A stretch of 64,000 bases of DNA from an uncultured Gammaproteobacteria bacterium. GTDB lineage: Bacteria; Cyanobacteriota; Vampirovibrionia; Gastranaerophilales; UBA9971. The notes beneath the pieces were generated by a model. The model saw only the letters and a program-made list of their open reading frames with translations. It had not been told where the DNA came from and searched no databases. A program made the position numbers and the translations under genes. The DNA is taken from the NCBI GenBank assembly GCA_964558005.1, contig CAZLCO010000001.1:62362-126361 (forward strand), read 5' to 3'. Below, piece after piece: positions 8,902 to 17,604 of the stretch (position 1 is its first letter; each line of letters begins with the position of its first letter).

Positions 8902-10272
8902 TTAATAAGCAAGTCTTGATACTTCCCTGCTTATGTATTGCCCCCTGCCGGGAAGAGCCTTTAATTCATTATTTTCAATTATTACCTCACCCCTGGACAG
9001 CACAGTTAAAGGCTTTCCGGTAACTACGTTGTTTTCATATGGCGTGTAATCAACGTTTTCATGCAATTTTTTGTTTTTGATTTTCCATATCGTATCCGGG
9101 TTCCAGATAGCAATATCCGCATCCTTGCCGGGTTTGATGTCGCCTTTTTGCTTTAAGCCGAACATTTTTGCCGGCCTTGTACAGTTGAGTTCAACAAACC
9201 TGCTTAAATCCATGCCCATTTTAACTATCATTTCGTTATACATTAGAGGCATGCGGGTTTCAATTCCGGGGATTCCGTTTGGTATTTTGGTAAAGTTGTC
9301 CAGCCCCCTGGTTTTTTGCGTTTCAAAATTAAACGGGCAGTGGTCTGTAGCGATAACATCGATATTGCCGCTAATCAGCGACTTTCTTAAATAATCACAG
9401 TGCCTGATTTTCCTTAAGGGCGGCGACATTACATATTTTGCCCCTTCGAATTTCTTTTCAAAATACCTGTTTTCATGAAGCAGTATATACTGCGGACAGG
9501 TTTCAGCGAATACCTTTTGCCCTGAGTTTTTCGCCCTTTTAATTTCTCTTATTGCCTGTTTTGTGGATAAATGCACGAAATAAACCGGCGTACCCGTCAT
9601 ATCAGCAAATTTTATTACCCTTGAAATCCCTTCGCCCTCAAGCTCAGGCGGTCTTGAATATGCATGATAAATCGGTGCGGTGTTTCCGTCTTTTAAATAT
9701 TTTTTTGTTAGCAGATCAATGATTTCACCGTTTTCAGCGTGTACGCACACAAGCATTTTATGCCTTTTTGCCTCTTCAAGCAGAGCAAAAAGGTCAGCAT
9801 CATTTATCATTAAAGAATTTTTATATGCAAGGAAGCATTTAACGCTTGTTATACCCATTTCTTTTAATACGCCCAGGTCCTTTACAGGCCGGGTAACCGC
9901 AAAATGGAACCCATAATCAATGACAGCTTTGCCTTCAGCTTTTTTATGCCATTTGTTTACTGCTCTTTGCGGGCTGTCCAACCTGCCCGGCATCACATAG
10001 TCAATTATGCTTGTTGTCCCGCCAAAAGCTGCGGCAATTGTGCCTGTCCTAAAATCATCGCTTGACACTGTCCCCATAAAAGGCATTTCAAGATGTGTAT
10101 GCACGTCAACCCCGCCCGGCATAACTAACAAATTCGTCGCATCAATAATTTTAGCGTCAACACTATCCAAATTCTGTTCAACAGCGTGTATTTTGCCTTT
10201 TTTAATAAGTATATCGGCCTGTTTTGTTTCTTTTGATGTAACTACAAAACCGTTTTTAATTATTGTGTCCAT
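8902..10272 (-). CDS. dihydropyrimidinase / D-hydantoinase (cyclic amidohydrolase)
   Basis: Motifs seen are GGVDVHTHLEMPFMGT, the carboxylated-Lys region VKCFLAYK and ATDHCPF. The length is 456 aa. Confidence 0.85.
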   Translation of the reverse strand: MDTIIKNGFVVTSKETKQADILIKKGKIHAVEQNLDSVDAKIIDATNLLVMPGGVDVHTHLEMPFMGTVSSDDFRTGTIAAAFGGTTSIIDYVMPGRLDSPQRAVNKWHKKAEGKAVIDYGFHFAVTRPVKDLGVLKEMGITSVKCFLAYKNSLMINDADLFALLEEAKRHKMLVCVHAENGEIIDLLTKKYLKDGNTAPIYHAYSRPPELEGEGISRVIKFADMTGTPVYFVHLSTKQAIREIKRAKNSGQKVFAETCPQYILLHENRYFEKKFEGAKYVMSPPLRKIRHCDYLRKSLISGNIDVIATDHCPFNFETQKTRGLDNFTKIPNGIPGIETRMPLMYNEMIVKMGMDLSRFVELNCTRPAKMFGLKQKGDIKPGKDADIAIWNPDTIWKIKNKKLHENVDYTPYENNVVTGKPLTVLSRGEVIIENNELKALPGRGQYISREVSRLAY

Positions 10273-10771
10273 AATATAACCTTAAAATTTCATCACAAAC
10301 CTGCTCCAGCGATAAATCTTCGGTATCGACCCTGAAGTCTGCCTGACCGTAAAACGGCTCCCTGGCAATCAATATTCTCCTGAGTATGCTCACCGGGTCA
10401 TCCCCTCTTAATAGCGGGCGTGAGTCGTCGTCTTTTACTCTTTCATAGAGCGTTTCCGGACGTGCCTGCAGGAAAAACAGAACGCCCGTTTTTTTCAGGT
10501 TTTCAATGTTTTCATCCCGCAAAACAGCACCGCCACCGGTAGAGATAATGCAGCCCTGTTTTTGCGAGGCTTCCAGTACAGCTTCTGATTCCATATCACG
10601 AAAAACCGGCTCGCCGTCGTCCTCGAATATTCTGCTTATCGGCTTACCTGCTTTTTCTATAATCAGGTCGTCGGTGTCAAGAAATTCCCTGCCTGTCTTT
10701 TGGGCAATACACCTGCCCACAGAGGATTTCCCCGAACCCATAAGCCCTATTAATACAATGTTTTTATTCAT
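10256..10771 (-). CDS. aroK: shikimate kinase
   Basis: The P-loop is IVLIGLMGSGKSSVG, followed by FLDTDDLI and STGGGAV. The length is 171 aa. Confidence 0.9.
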   Translation of the reverse strand: MNKNIVLIGLMGSGKSSVGRCIAQKTGREFLDTDDLIIEKAGKPISRIFEDDGEPVFRDMESEAVLEASQKQGCIISTGGGAVLRDENIENLKKTGVLFFLQARPETLYERVKDDDSRPLLRGDDPVSILRRILIAREPFYGQADFRVDTEDLSLEQVCDEILRLYYGHNN

Positions 10772-10789
10772 GTTAATATTTTCTCATGA

Positions 10790-11222
10790 ATAAAGTGCCT
10801 GAGGCACATGCTTAAAAAAAGCACCTTAAAATTTTAATATCTGGCTAAGAAGCCCTGTCAATGCAGAATAAGCCCTGGATGTCCCAGAGCTTATTCTAAA
10901 AATTATACTAATTTACATCAAGTAGGGCTTTTAAGTGGTGGAAGGTGCAACTTCCACCCGCCTGTATTAATATTATACCAGCTTTAAGTTGGTTTTCAAG
11001 ATGTGCCCAAGGCACATTCATTATACAATAATTAACTGTAGGGTGGGCTATTGCCCACCAGCAGCAAACAAACAAAAAACGGTCGCAATAGCGCACCCTA
11101 CAACAACCCACCACGCATGTCATTGCGAGGAGCGAGCGCAGCGAGCGACGCGGCAATCTATCCAGTGCGGCTTATAAGCTAATAATGACAAAACCGTCAT
11201 GCTGAACTTGTTTCAGCATCTA
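10790..11222. repeat. mosaic of short hairpin-forming (REP/MITE-like) repeats
   Basis: Hairpins lie at 10795-10807, 10865-10897, 10937-10958 and 11001-11017. An 18-bp inverted repeat has arms at 11038-11055 and 11085-11102. Element X (tgtcattgcgagg...cggcaatc) is at 11118-11158 and element Y (gtcatgctgaacttgtttcagcatc) at 11196-11220. Confidence 0.8.
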
Positions 11223-11242
11223 TCAAAGGAGGAGTAAACGCA

Positions 11243-12091
11243 ATGAGCCTTTCATTTTCCCAAAGAATGGGATTGGAGCCTAAAAAAGCAATTCAAATTG
11301 ATAGTCTTGATGAAAGGACTAGGAATAGAATTTGCAATATTTTTTCTTTATTATCTTATGTTTTTACAGCAAAAAATGATAAATGCAGAGAATTAAGATT
11401 TAATTTTTGGGACGACTTTCTAGGAAAACGTTTTGACGACCCGTTTTACCTTGCTTTTGATGTAATGGATACCACAAGATACAAAATACTAAACAATGAT
11501 TTTAACAAAGTTTTTGATTTAATTGAATTTCTTTTAATAAATTTTCCAGAATGTGATGTTGATAATGAACCTAGTAAAAAAAATTTTGTTCACCAGTTAA
11601 ATAAAGTTTTCAAAGAAGAGCATGTTGGCTATTCAATAATAAACGACCTCATAACCCCCATAACCTCTGATACAGAAATAGAAAATATTGAACAAGCCAT
11701 GCAAACTCCTATATTTTCTGTTAAAGAGCATTTAAAAACCGCCTTAAAACATTTTTCCGACAGGGAAAAACCTGATTATAGAAATTCAATAAAAGAATCA
11801 ATAAGTGCTGTTGAAGGTTTATGTCAGATTATAGCCAATAATAGCAAGGCAAGTCTTGGTGATGCTTTAAATGAAATTAAGAGAAATGGACTTTTACAAA
11901 TTCATCCGGCTTTAGAACAGGGCTTTAACAAAATTTACGGTTATACTTCCGACGCTGACGGAATACGTCACGCTTTAGGTTTTGAAGAAGGGGCTGACCA
12001 GGAAGATGCACTTTATATGCTTGTTTCCTGTAGCGCATTTATTAATTATTTGGTAACAAAATGCAATAAAGCAGGGATTGTTTTAAAATGA
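11243..12091 (+). CDS. AbiJ-NTD4 / HEPN (Abi_C-like) abortive-infection family protein
   Basis: The N-terminus FSQRMGLEPKKAIQIDSLDERTRNRICN matches my recollection of the AbiJ N-terminal domain 4. The C-terminus YGYTSDADGIRHA is a HEPN-type R/H block. The gene is very AT-rich and is preceded by AAGGAGG. Confidence 0.55.
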   Translation: MSLSFSQRMGLEPKKAIQIDSLDERTRNRICNIFSLLSYVFTAKNDKCRELRFNFWDDFLGKRFDDPFYLAFDVMDTTRYKILNNDFNKVFDLIEFLLINFPECDVDNEPSKKNFVHQLNKVFKEEHVGYSIINDLITPITSDTEIENIEQAMQTPIFSVKEHLKTALKHFSDREKPDYRNSIKESISAVEGLCQIIANNSKASLGDALNEIKRNGLLQIHPALEQGFNKIYGYTSDADGIRHALGFEEGADQEDALYMLVSCSAFINYLVTKCNKAGIVLK

Positions 12092-12101
12092 GAATTGGAA
12101 A

Positions 12102-12190
12102 GACCCTGAAACAAGTTCAGGGTGACGGTGAGTTATCCCCGACAAATTAACAGATTGCCACGTCGGGCTAAAGCCCCCCTCGCAATGACA
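12102..12190. repeat. inverted copies of repeat elements Y and X
   Basis: 12102-12126 (gaccctgaaacaagttcagggtgac) is the reverse complement of the Y family. 12153-12190 (gattgccacg...cctcgcaatgaca) is the reverse complement of the termini of X. Confidence 0.75.
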
Positions 12191-12223
12191 ACTACGACAA
12201 ACAAGCAATAAAAAGGAAATCAT

Positions 12224-13258
12224 ATGAAAGAAAAACTCGAACAGCTAAAAACCCAGGCCCTTAAAGAAATAAACATTGCCTCGGACTTGAATGAGTTGAA
12301 CGAAATAAAAATAAAATATTTGAGCAGGAAAGGCGAGCTGAACACCATACGCCGCAGCGTTAAAGACCTTTCTCCCGAGGAAAAACCGCTCATCGGCGAT
12401 ATGGCCAATAAAACCGCAGAGGAAATAGAAAAAAACATTGACAGCAAATATAAAATCCTATACGGAGAAAGCATTTCAAAAAAACTCGAAGCGGAAAAAA
12501 TAGACATAACACTGCCCGGCGACTATGTGCCGTATGGCAAACAGCACCCGCTCACACTTACAATAAATGAAATAGTGTCAATCTTTAACAGGATGGGCTT
12601 TTCTCTGGTTGAAAACGCTGACAGCCCGGAAGTCGAAACCGAATACTATAACTTCGATGCGCTGAACTTCCCGCCCGACCACCCGGCAAAGGACATGCAG
12701 GACACGTTCTATACGCTAAACGCGCCAAATTTACTGCTGAGGAGCCAGACTTCCAACTCTCAGATACGCACAATGGAAAAAGCCTCGCCCCCCCTGCGGG
12801 TAATCAGCCCGGGAAGGGTGTACCGCTCGGAAGCGGTCAGTAGCAGGAAAAATAACCTTTTCCACCAGGTCGAGGGCTTTATGGTCGATAAAAACGTAAC
12901 ATTTGGAGACTTAAAAGGCGTGCTCAACAAGTTTACAGAAGAATTTTTCGGGCAAGCACGCCCAACACGCTTTAGGACGAGCTTTTTCCCGTTCACGGAA
13001 CCAAGCGTTGAAATAGATGTGCAGTGCATAATCTGTGCGGGTGAAGGCTGCAGAACTTGTTCGCAGACCGGCTGGCTGGAAATACTCGGGGCCGGCATGA
13101 TTGACCCTAATGTCCTGCGAACAGTGCACATAAACCCTGATAAATACACCGGATTCGCCTTTGGTATGGGAGTTGAAAGGCTGGCCATGCTCAAATTTGC
13201 GATTAACGATATCAGACTGTTTTTCAACAATGACGTACGATTTCTTGAGCAGTTTTAA
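12224..13258 (+). CDS. pheS: phenylalanine--tRNA ligase alpha subunit
   Basis: Class II aaRS motifs are present: HPLT, FPPDHPAKDMQDTFY, RVISPGRVYR and GFAFGMGVERLAML. Confidence 0.95.
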   Translation: MKEKLEQLKTQALKEINIASDLNELNEIKIKYLSRKGELNTIRRSVKDLSPEEKPLIGDMANKTAEEIEKNIDSKYKILYGESISKKLEAEKIDITLPGDYVPYGKQHPLTLTINEIVSIFNRMGFSLVENADSPEVETEYYNFDALNFPPDHPAKDMQDTFYTLNAPNLLLRSQTSNSQIRTMEKASPPLRVISPGRVYRSEAVSSRKNNLFHQVEGFMVDKNVTFGDLKGVLNKFTEEFFGQARPTRFRTSFFPFTEPSVEIDVQCIICAGEGCRTCSQTGWLEILGAGMIDPNVLRTVHINPDKYTGFAFGMGVERLAMLKFAINDIRLFFNNDVRFLEQF

Positions 13259-13274
13259 TATAAAGGCCTGAATT

Positions 13275-14129
13275 ATGGATAAATTAAACTTTTTAACAGC
13301 CGGTATTCCTAATCGCACAATGCCCCGCAATTATGAAAATGCCTTAAATGACCTCGTGGCAATGAAATTAGATGGGCTGGAAATGGAATTTGTGCGTGGT
13401 GTAACAGTTAACCAGCAGAACAAAGAACTGGTTAAAAAGCTCTCAAAAGAATTTGGGCTGGTTATAACAGCTCATGGACCTTATTACATTAATCTTAATG
13501 CACAGGAAAAAGCCAAATACTATGCCAGTATTAAAAGAATACTGGACACTGCCCGTGCCTGCCACGCCAGCGGCGGGTACAGCATAACGTTTCATGCGGC
13601 GTTTTATATGGGTCAGGACAAAAAACAGGTGTATAAAGTTGTAAAAACCGCCATGGAAGATATAATTTCAACCCTGAAATCAGAAAAAATAGATATATGG
13701 GTACGCCCGGAACTTACAGGCAAGGCAACGCAGTGGGGCGACCTTGACGAGCTGATACAACTATCCAAAGATGTTGAAATGGTAATGCCTTGCATTGATT
13801 TTGCGCACCTGCACGCACGCACCGTCGGCGAATGGAATACATATGATGAGTTTTGCCGGGTGTTTGAAAAAATCGGCAATGAACTGGGAAATAATGCGCT
13901 TGAAAACTTCCACGCACACATAGCCGGCATAGAATACGGCCCAAAGGGCGAAAAACGCCACCTTGACCTTGAGGAATCCGACCTTGAGTACAAAGAACTT
14001 ATGCGAGCGTTCCGGGACTTTAACGTAAAAGGTGCTGTAATCTGCGAAAGCCCGAGTATTGAAGACGATGCGATATTACTTAAAAAGAATTATGAATTAT
14101 TATGTACAGAGACCTCAAAGACTTTATAA
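13275..14129 (+). CDS. xylose-isomerase-like TIM barrel protein, endonuclease IV-like
   Basis: An AP-endonuclease family 2 pattern is present: ITAHGPYYINL, ITFHAAFY, RPELTG, IDFAHLHAR and HAHIAGIEYG. Confidence 0.65.
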   Translation: MDKLNFLTAGIPNRTMPRNYENALNDLVAMKLDGLEMEFVRGVTVNQQNKELVKKLSKEFGLVITAHGPYYINLNAQEKAKYYASIKRILDTARACHASGGYSITFHAAFYMGQDKKQVYKVVKTAMEDIISTLKSEKIDIWVRPELTGKATQWGDLDELIQLSKDVEMVMPCIDFAHLHARTVGEWNTYDEFCRVFEKIGNELGNNALENFHAHIAGIEYGPKGEKRHLDLEESDLEYKELMRAFRDFNVKGAVICESPSIEDDAILLKKNYELLCTETSKTL

Positions 14130-15547
14130 ACAGGCTAAAACAGGAACATGAGCTGCTGGAAATTGATACTCCGGTCAGCTCAGAGCTTGAAATAACCGAA
14201 ATAACAGACAGGACAAGCAAGGAACAGGGTTTCCCCAATAAAGCCCTGTTGTTCAAAAACGTGGAAGGCTATAGTATGCCGGTTTTGACAAACGCTTTTG
14301 GCTCAAACAAGCGTATGGCACTGGCACTCGGGGTCAATGATGTCCGGGACATCGCAAAACGCATAGAAGAACTGCTAAAACCGGAAATCCCCGACTCTCT
14401 GGCAGAAAAAGCCACCCTGCTGCCGAAATTATACGAAGTAAGCCGGTTTTTCCCAAAAATAGTCCGGGATGCCCCCTGTCAGGAGGTTGTTTTTACAGAC
14501 GGGGCACTGCTAGATAAACTGCCCATATTAAAATGCTGGCCCGAAGACGGCGGGCCGTTCGTTACACTGCCGCTTGTTATAACCAAAAACCCGCACACCG
14601 GCAACCGCAATACCGGAATGTACCGCCTGCAAAAATTTGACAATACAACGACCGGGATGCACTGGCACAAACACCATGACGGCGCAAAAAACTTTGAGGA
14701 ATCACGCAAACTTGGCAAAAAATTTGAGGTGGCGGTTGCGCTGGGGTGCGACCCGGCCATAACATATGCGGCGACTGCGCCTGTGCCGCCGGGGATTGAT
14801 GAAATGATATTCGCCGGGTTTTTACGCAAAAAGCCTGTCCAGCTTGTAAAATGCAAGACAGTCAACATAGAAGTGCCGGCTGACGCTGAAATTATACTTG
14901 AAGGCTATGTGGATTTAGAAGAAAAGCGCACTGAAGGGCCGTTTGGCGACCATACAGGTTACTACAGCCTCTCAGACGAGTACCCGGTTTTCCATATAAC
15001 AGCAGTAACCCACGCTAAAAACCCGATTTATCCGGCGACAATAGTCGGCCGTCCGCCGCAGGAAGACTGCTATATGGGCAAGGCAACAGAGCAGATATTT
15101 TTGCCGGTTTTAAGGCAAATTTTGCCTGAAATAGTTGATATGGACCTGCCAATTGAGGGCGTTTTCCATAACTGCGCAATAATCAGCATCAACAAACGCT
15201 TTCCCGGCCACGCAAACAAGATAATAAATGCGGTGTGGGGTTTGGGACAGATGATGTTCACCAAGTTCGTCATAGTAGTGGATGCCGAGGTTGACGTGCA
15301 TAACCTCTCAGAAGTTAGCTGGAAAGTATTCAACAATGTTGACCCCGGCCGGGATTGCTTCATCACAAAAGGGCCGCTTGATATATTAGACCATGCGTGC
15401 GACCTGCCGGGTTTTGGCGGAAAGATGGGAATTGATGCGACCAAAAAGACGGTTAGTGAGGGCTTCACAAGAGAGTGGCCTGGTGAGATAATTATGAGCG
15501 AGGAAGTGAAGCGGAGAGTTGATGAAAAGTTTGGGGAAACACTATGA
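14102..15547 (+). CDS. UbiD family (prenyl-FMN dependent) decarboxylase
   Basis: The N-terminus DLKDFINRLKQEHELLEI, plus GMYRLQ, WHKHHDGA and GPFGDHTGYY, are typical of UbiD and menaquinone-related decarboxylases. Confidence 0.88.
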   Translation: MYRDLKDFINRLKQEHELLEIDTPVSSELEITEITDRTSKEQGFPNKALLFKNVEGYSMPVLTNAFGSNKRMALALGVNDVRDIAKRIEELLKPEIPDSLAEKATLLPKLYEVSRFFPKIVRDAPCQEVVFTDGALLDKLPILKCWPEDGGPFVTLPLVITKNPHTGNRNTGMYRLQKFDNTTTGMHWHKHHDGAKNFEESRKLGKKFEVAVALGCDPAITYAATAPVPPGIDEMIFAGFLRKKPVQLVKCKTVNIEVPADAEIILEGYVDLEEKRTEGPFGDHTGYYSLSDEYPVFHITAVTHAKNPIYPATIVGRPPQEDCYMGKATEQIFLPVLRQILPEIVDMDLPIEGVFHNCAIISINKRFPGHANKIINAVWGLGQMMFTKFVIVVDAEVDVHNLSEVSWKVFNNVDPGRDCFITKGPLDILDHACDLPGFGGKMGIDATKKTVSEGFTREWPGEIIMSEEVKRRVDEKFGETL

Positions 15548-16467
15548 ATAATAATTCCTATATAATTACGGTTCCGGGAATTTTATCCACTTATACAGTA
15601 AAAGATGTGATACAACAGTTTGGGGAATTTTTAAAATCAAACAATAATTCTTTTATAATTGATTTTAGTAGAACCAGAACAGCGACTCCGGGTGGCTTAA
15701 CGCCATTGTTATGTTACTTGCTTGATTTAAAAAATATCTTAAAGAGGCAGTGTACTGGTTATATCAAAGAGAGTGATCACGAAATAGTTGAACAATATAT
15801 TTCCAGAATGGGGTTTTATGAAATTTTAGAAATAGATAAAAAAAACCCCGTTGGCAAAGAGAAAAATACTGCTAAATTTCAGGAGCTTTATTGTTTTTCA
15901 AAAGAAACCCCAGAAAATGAATTATTCAAAAAAAATGAGAATATAATTAAAACATTTACATCAAAAAGTGATAAGCCAAATTATATTAAAGCAATACAAT
16001 GGTGCGTTGTTGAAATGATTGATAATGCAAGAATGCATGCTGAGTCTATGGTAAATGTTCTTTTTGCCCAATATTATCCGGACGCAGATATTACGGAATT
16101 TTGTGTGGCTGATAGGGGCCTTGGAATCAGAGAAACAATGGGTGAATATGATATTAAAATAGCTTTAGAGAGATGCATAAAAAAGGAAAAAGGAATAAAT
16201 TCCACAGGGATGGGAAATGGATTGCACTATATAGCTGAGTTAATAAAAACAGATAACCCTTTACAAAATAATTTTATGAGCATAATATCAGAGAATGCCA
16301 TGTTATATATTAAAAGTGGACAAAAACCTAAAATAGATACGATGAATGCTTTTTGGAAGGGTACAGTTGTTACTTTATCCCTTAACTACTCAATAGAATC
16401 AGATATTGAATCAATAAAAGGATCTGAAGTGTACGGCGCAGAAGATTTACCTGATTTTTATGAATAA
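15544..16467 (+). CDS. GHKL (Bergerat-fold) ATPase / RsbW-like kinase with STAS-like N-terminal region
   Basis: GHKL motifs seen are the N-box EMIDNARMHA, G1 VADRGLGI and G2 GMGNGLHY. No His-kinase DHp/H-box was seen. The N-terminus FIIDFSRTRTATPGGLTPLL looks STAS-like. The ATG overlaps the ubiD stop (ATGA). The gene is AT-rich. Confidence 0.6.
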   Translation: MNNNSYIITVPGILSTYTVKDVIQQFGEFLKSNNNSFIIDFSRTRTATPGGLTPLLCYLLDLKNILKRQCTGYIKESDHEIVEQYISRMGFYEILEIDKKNPVGKEKNTAKFQELYCFSKETPENELFKKNENIIKTFTSKSDKPNYIKAIQWCVVEMIDNARMHAESMVNVLFAQYYPDADITEFCVADRGLGIRETMGEYDIKIALERCIKKEKGINSTGMGNGLHYIAELIKTDNPLQNNFMSIISENAMLYIKSGQKPKIDTMNAFWKGTVVTLSLNYSIESDIESIKGSEVYGAEDLPDFYE

Positions 16468-16484
16468 ATCAAGGATTGCAATTA

Positions 16485-16769
16485 ATGGAACTAAAACTAA
16501 AAGAAACTGGTGAAATATTAGGATTAAGAGAAACAGGTAACAGGTTAAGAAAACTTGTTGAAAGTGCAATTAAACAGGAAGAACCGGTATTAATAGACTT
16601 TGAAGGAGTAGAATCTGTTTCAAGTTCTTTTGCTGATGAATTAATTGCAAAAATGTACGTTGAAATAGGACAGGAAAAATTTATCAGTTTAATAAAAGTT
16701 AAAGACGCTAATAGTTTTGTTAAAACAATAATTAATTCCTGTATAAAAGATAGATTGAAAGCAGTTTAG
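16485..16769 (+). CDS. small STAS-like protein (DUF4325-type)
   Basis: VLIDFEGVESVSSSFADELIAKM matches my memory of the STAS-like DUF4325 core. ATG 16485 follows AAGGA at 16471-16475; the ORF track start at 16476 is a TTG. Confidence 0.55.
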   Translation: MELKLKETGEILGLRETGNRLRKLVESAIKQEEPVLIDFEGVESVSSSFADELIAKMYVEIGQEKFISLIKVKDANSFVKTIINSCIKDRLKAV

Positions 16770-16782
16770 TTGAAGAATTATT

Positions 16783-17592
16783 ATGACAACAAAACCAAAA
16801 ATATTAGGCATACAAACCCAGCCGGAACTCGGCAATAAACAGGCCAACCTTGAAAAAGTAAAAACCCTTATCGAACAGCACGCCTGGTTCGAACCGGACT
16901 TAATCGTGCTGCCCGAGGTATTTAACTCAGGCGTTGACCCCACAGACATATTAAAATACGCAGAACCCATTCCCGGCGGCGAAACTACCGACTTAATGGC
17001 CGAAATGGCGAAAAAACACAACACAAACATCGTTGCCGGCAGCTACGTGGAAAAATTGCCGGACGGCGACTATAAAAACTCGTCGGTCGTGTTCAACAGG
17101 CAGGGCGAAATTATTGGTAAATACCACAAAATCCACCTGTTCAACTACCACGGCAGCGAAGAGGGTAAGTTTGTAACGCCCGGGTGCAGAGCTAATATTG
17201 TGCAAACAGATATAGGAAAAATAGGCCTGACAATTTGTTTTGACATTCGCTTCCCGGAATTATACCGCTGTCTTACTTATGCGGGTGCTGATATCATCAC
17301 AAACGTTGCAGCGTTCCCGTATCCAAAATACGACCACTGGGTAACCCTGCACAAAGCCCGCGCCATAGAGAACCTTGGTTATATCGTAACTGTAAACCAG
17401 TGCGGCAGGGTAAATATAAAACGCCAGAACCTCGGTATGTCAATGGTTATAAACCCGTGGGGCGATATTGTTGCTTCTGCCGGAACGGATGAAGGAGTTA
17501 TGATGGCACAAATTGACCTTGATTACCAGAAAAAGACACGGGAAGCGTTCCCGATACTCAAGGACAGAATGATGGAAGCATATCAAGTGTAA
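16783..17592 (+). CDS. carbon-nitrogen hydrolase (nitrilase superfamily)
   Basis: The catalytic triad context is present: LPEVFNSG (Glu), YHKIHLF (Lys) and LTICFDIRFPE (Cys). Confidence 0.85.
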   Translation: MTTKPKILGIQTQPELGNKQANLEKVKTLIEQHAWFEPDLIVLPEVFNSGVDPTDILKYAEPIPGGETTDLMAEMAKKHNTNIVAGSYVEKLPDGDYKNSSVVFNRQGEIIGKYHKIHLFNYHGSEEGKFVTPGCRANIVQTDIGKIGLTICFDIRFPELYRCLTYAGADIITNVAAFPYPKYDHWVTLHKARAIENLGYIVTVNQCGRVNIKRQNLGMSMVINPWGDIVASAGTDEGVMMAQIDLDYQKKTREAFPILKDRMMEAYQV

Positions 17593-17604
17593 AGGAAAAA
17601 TAGA

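Noticed and set aside
10908-11177. Two ORFs (82 aa minus strand, 62 aa plus strand) in the aroK upstream spacer.
   Set aside because: They only translate the hairpin repeat elements, for example ...CHCEERAQRATRQS from element X. They overlap each other on opposite strands and lack RBSs.
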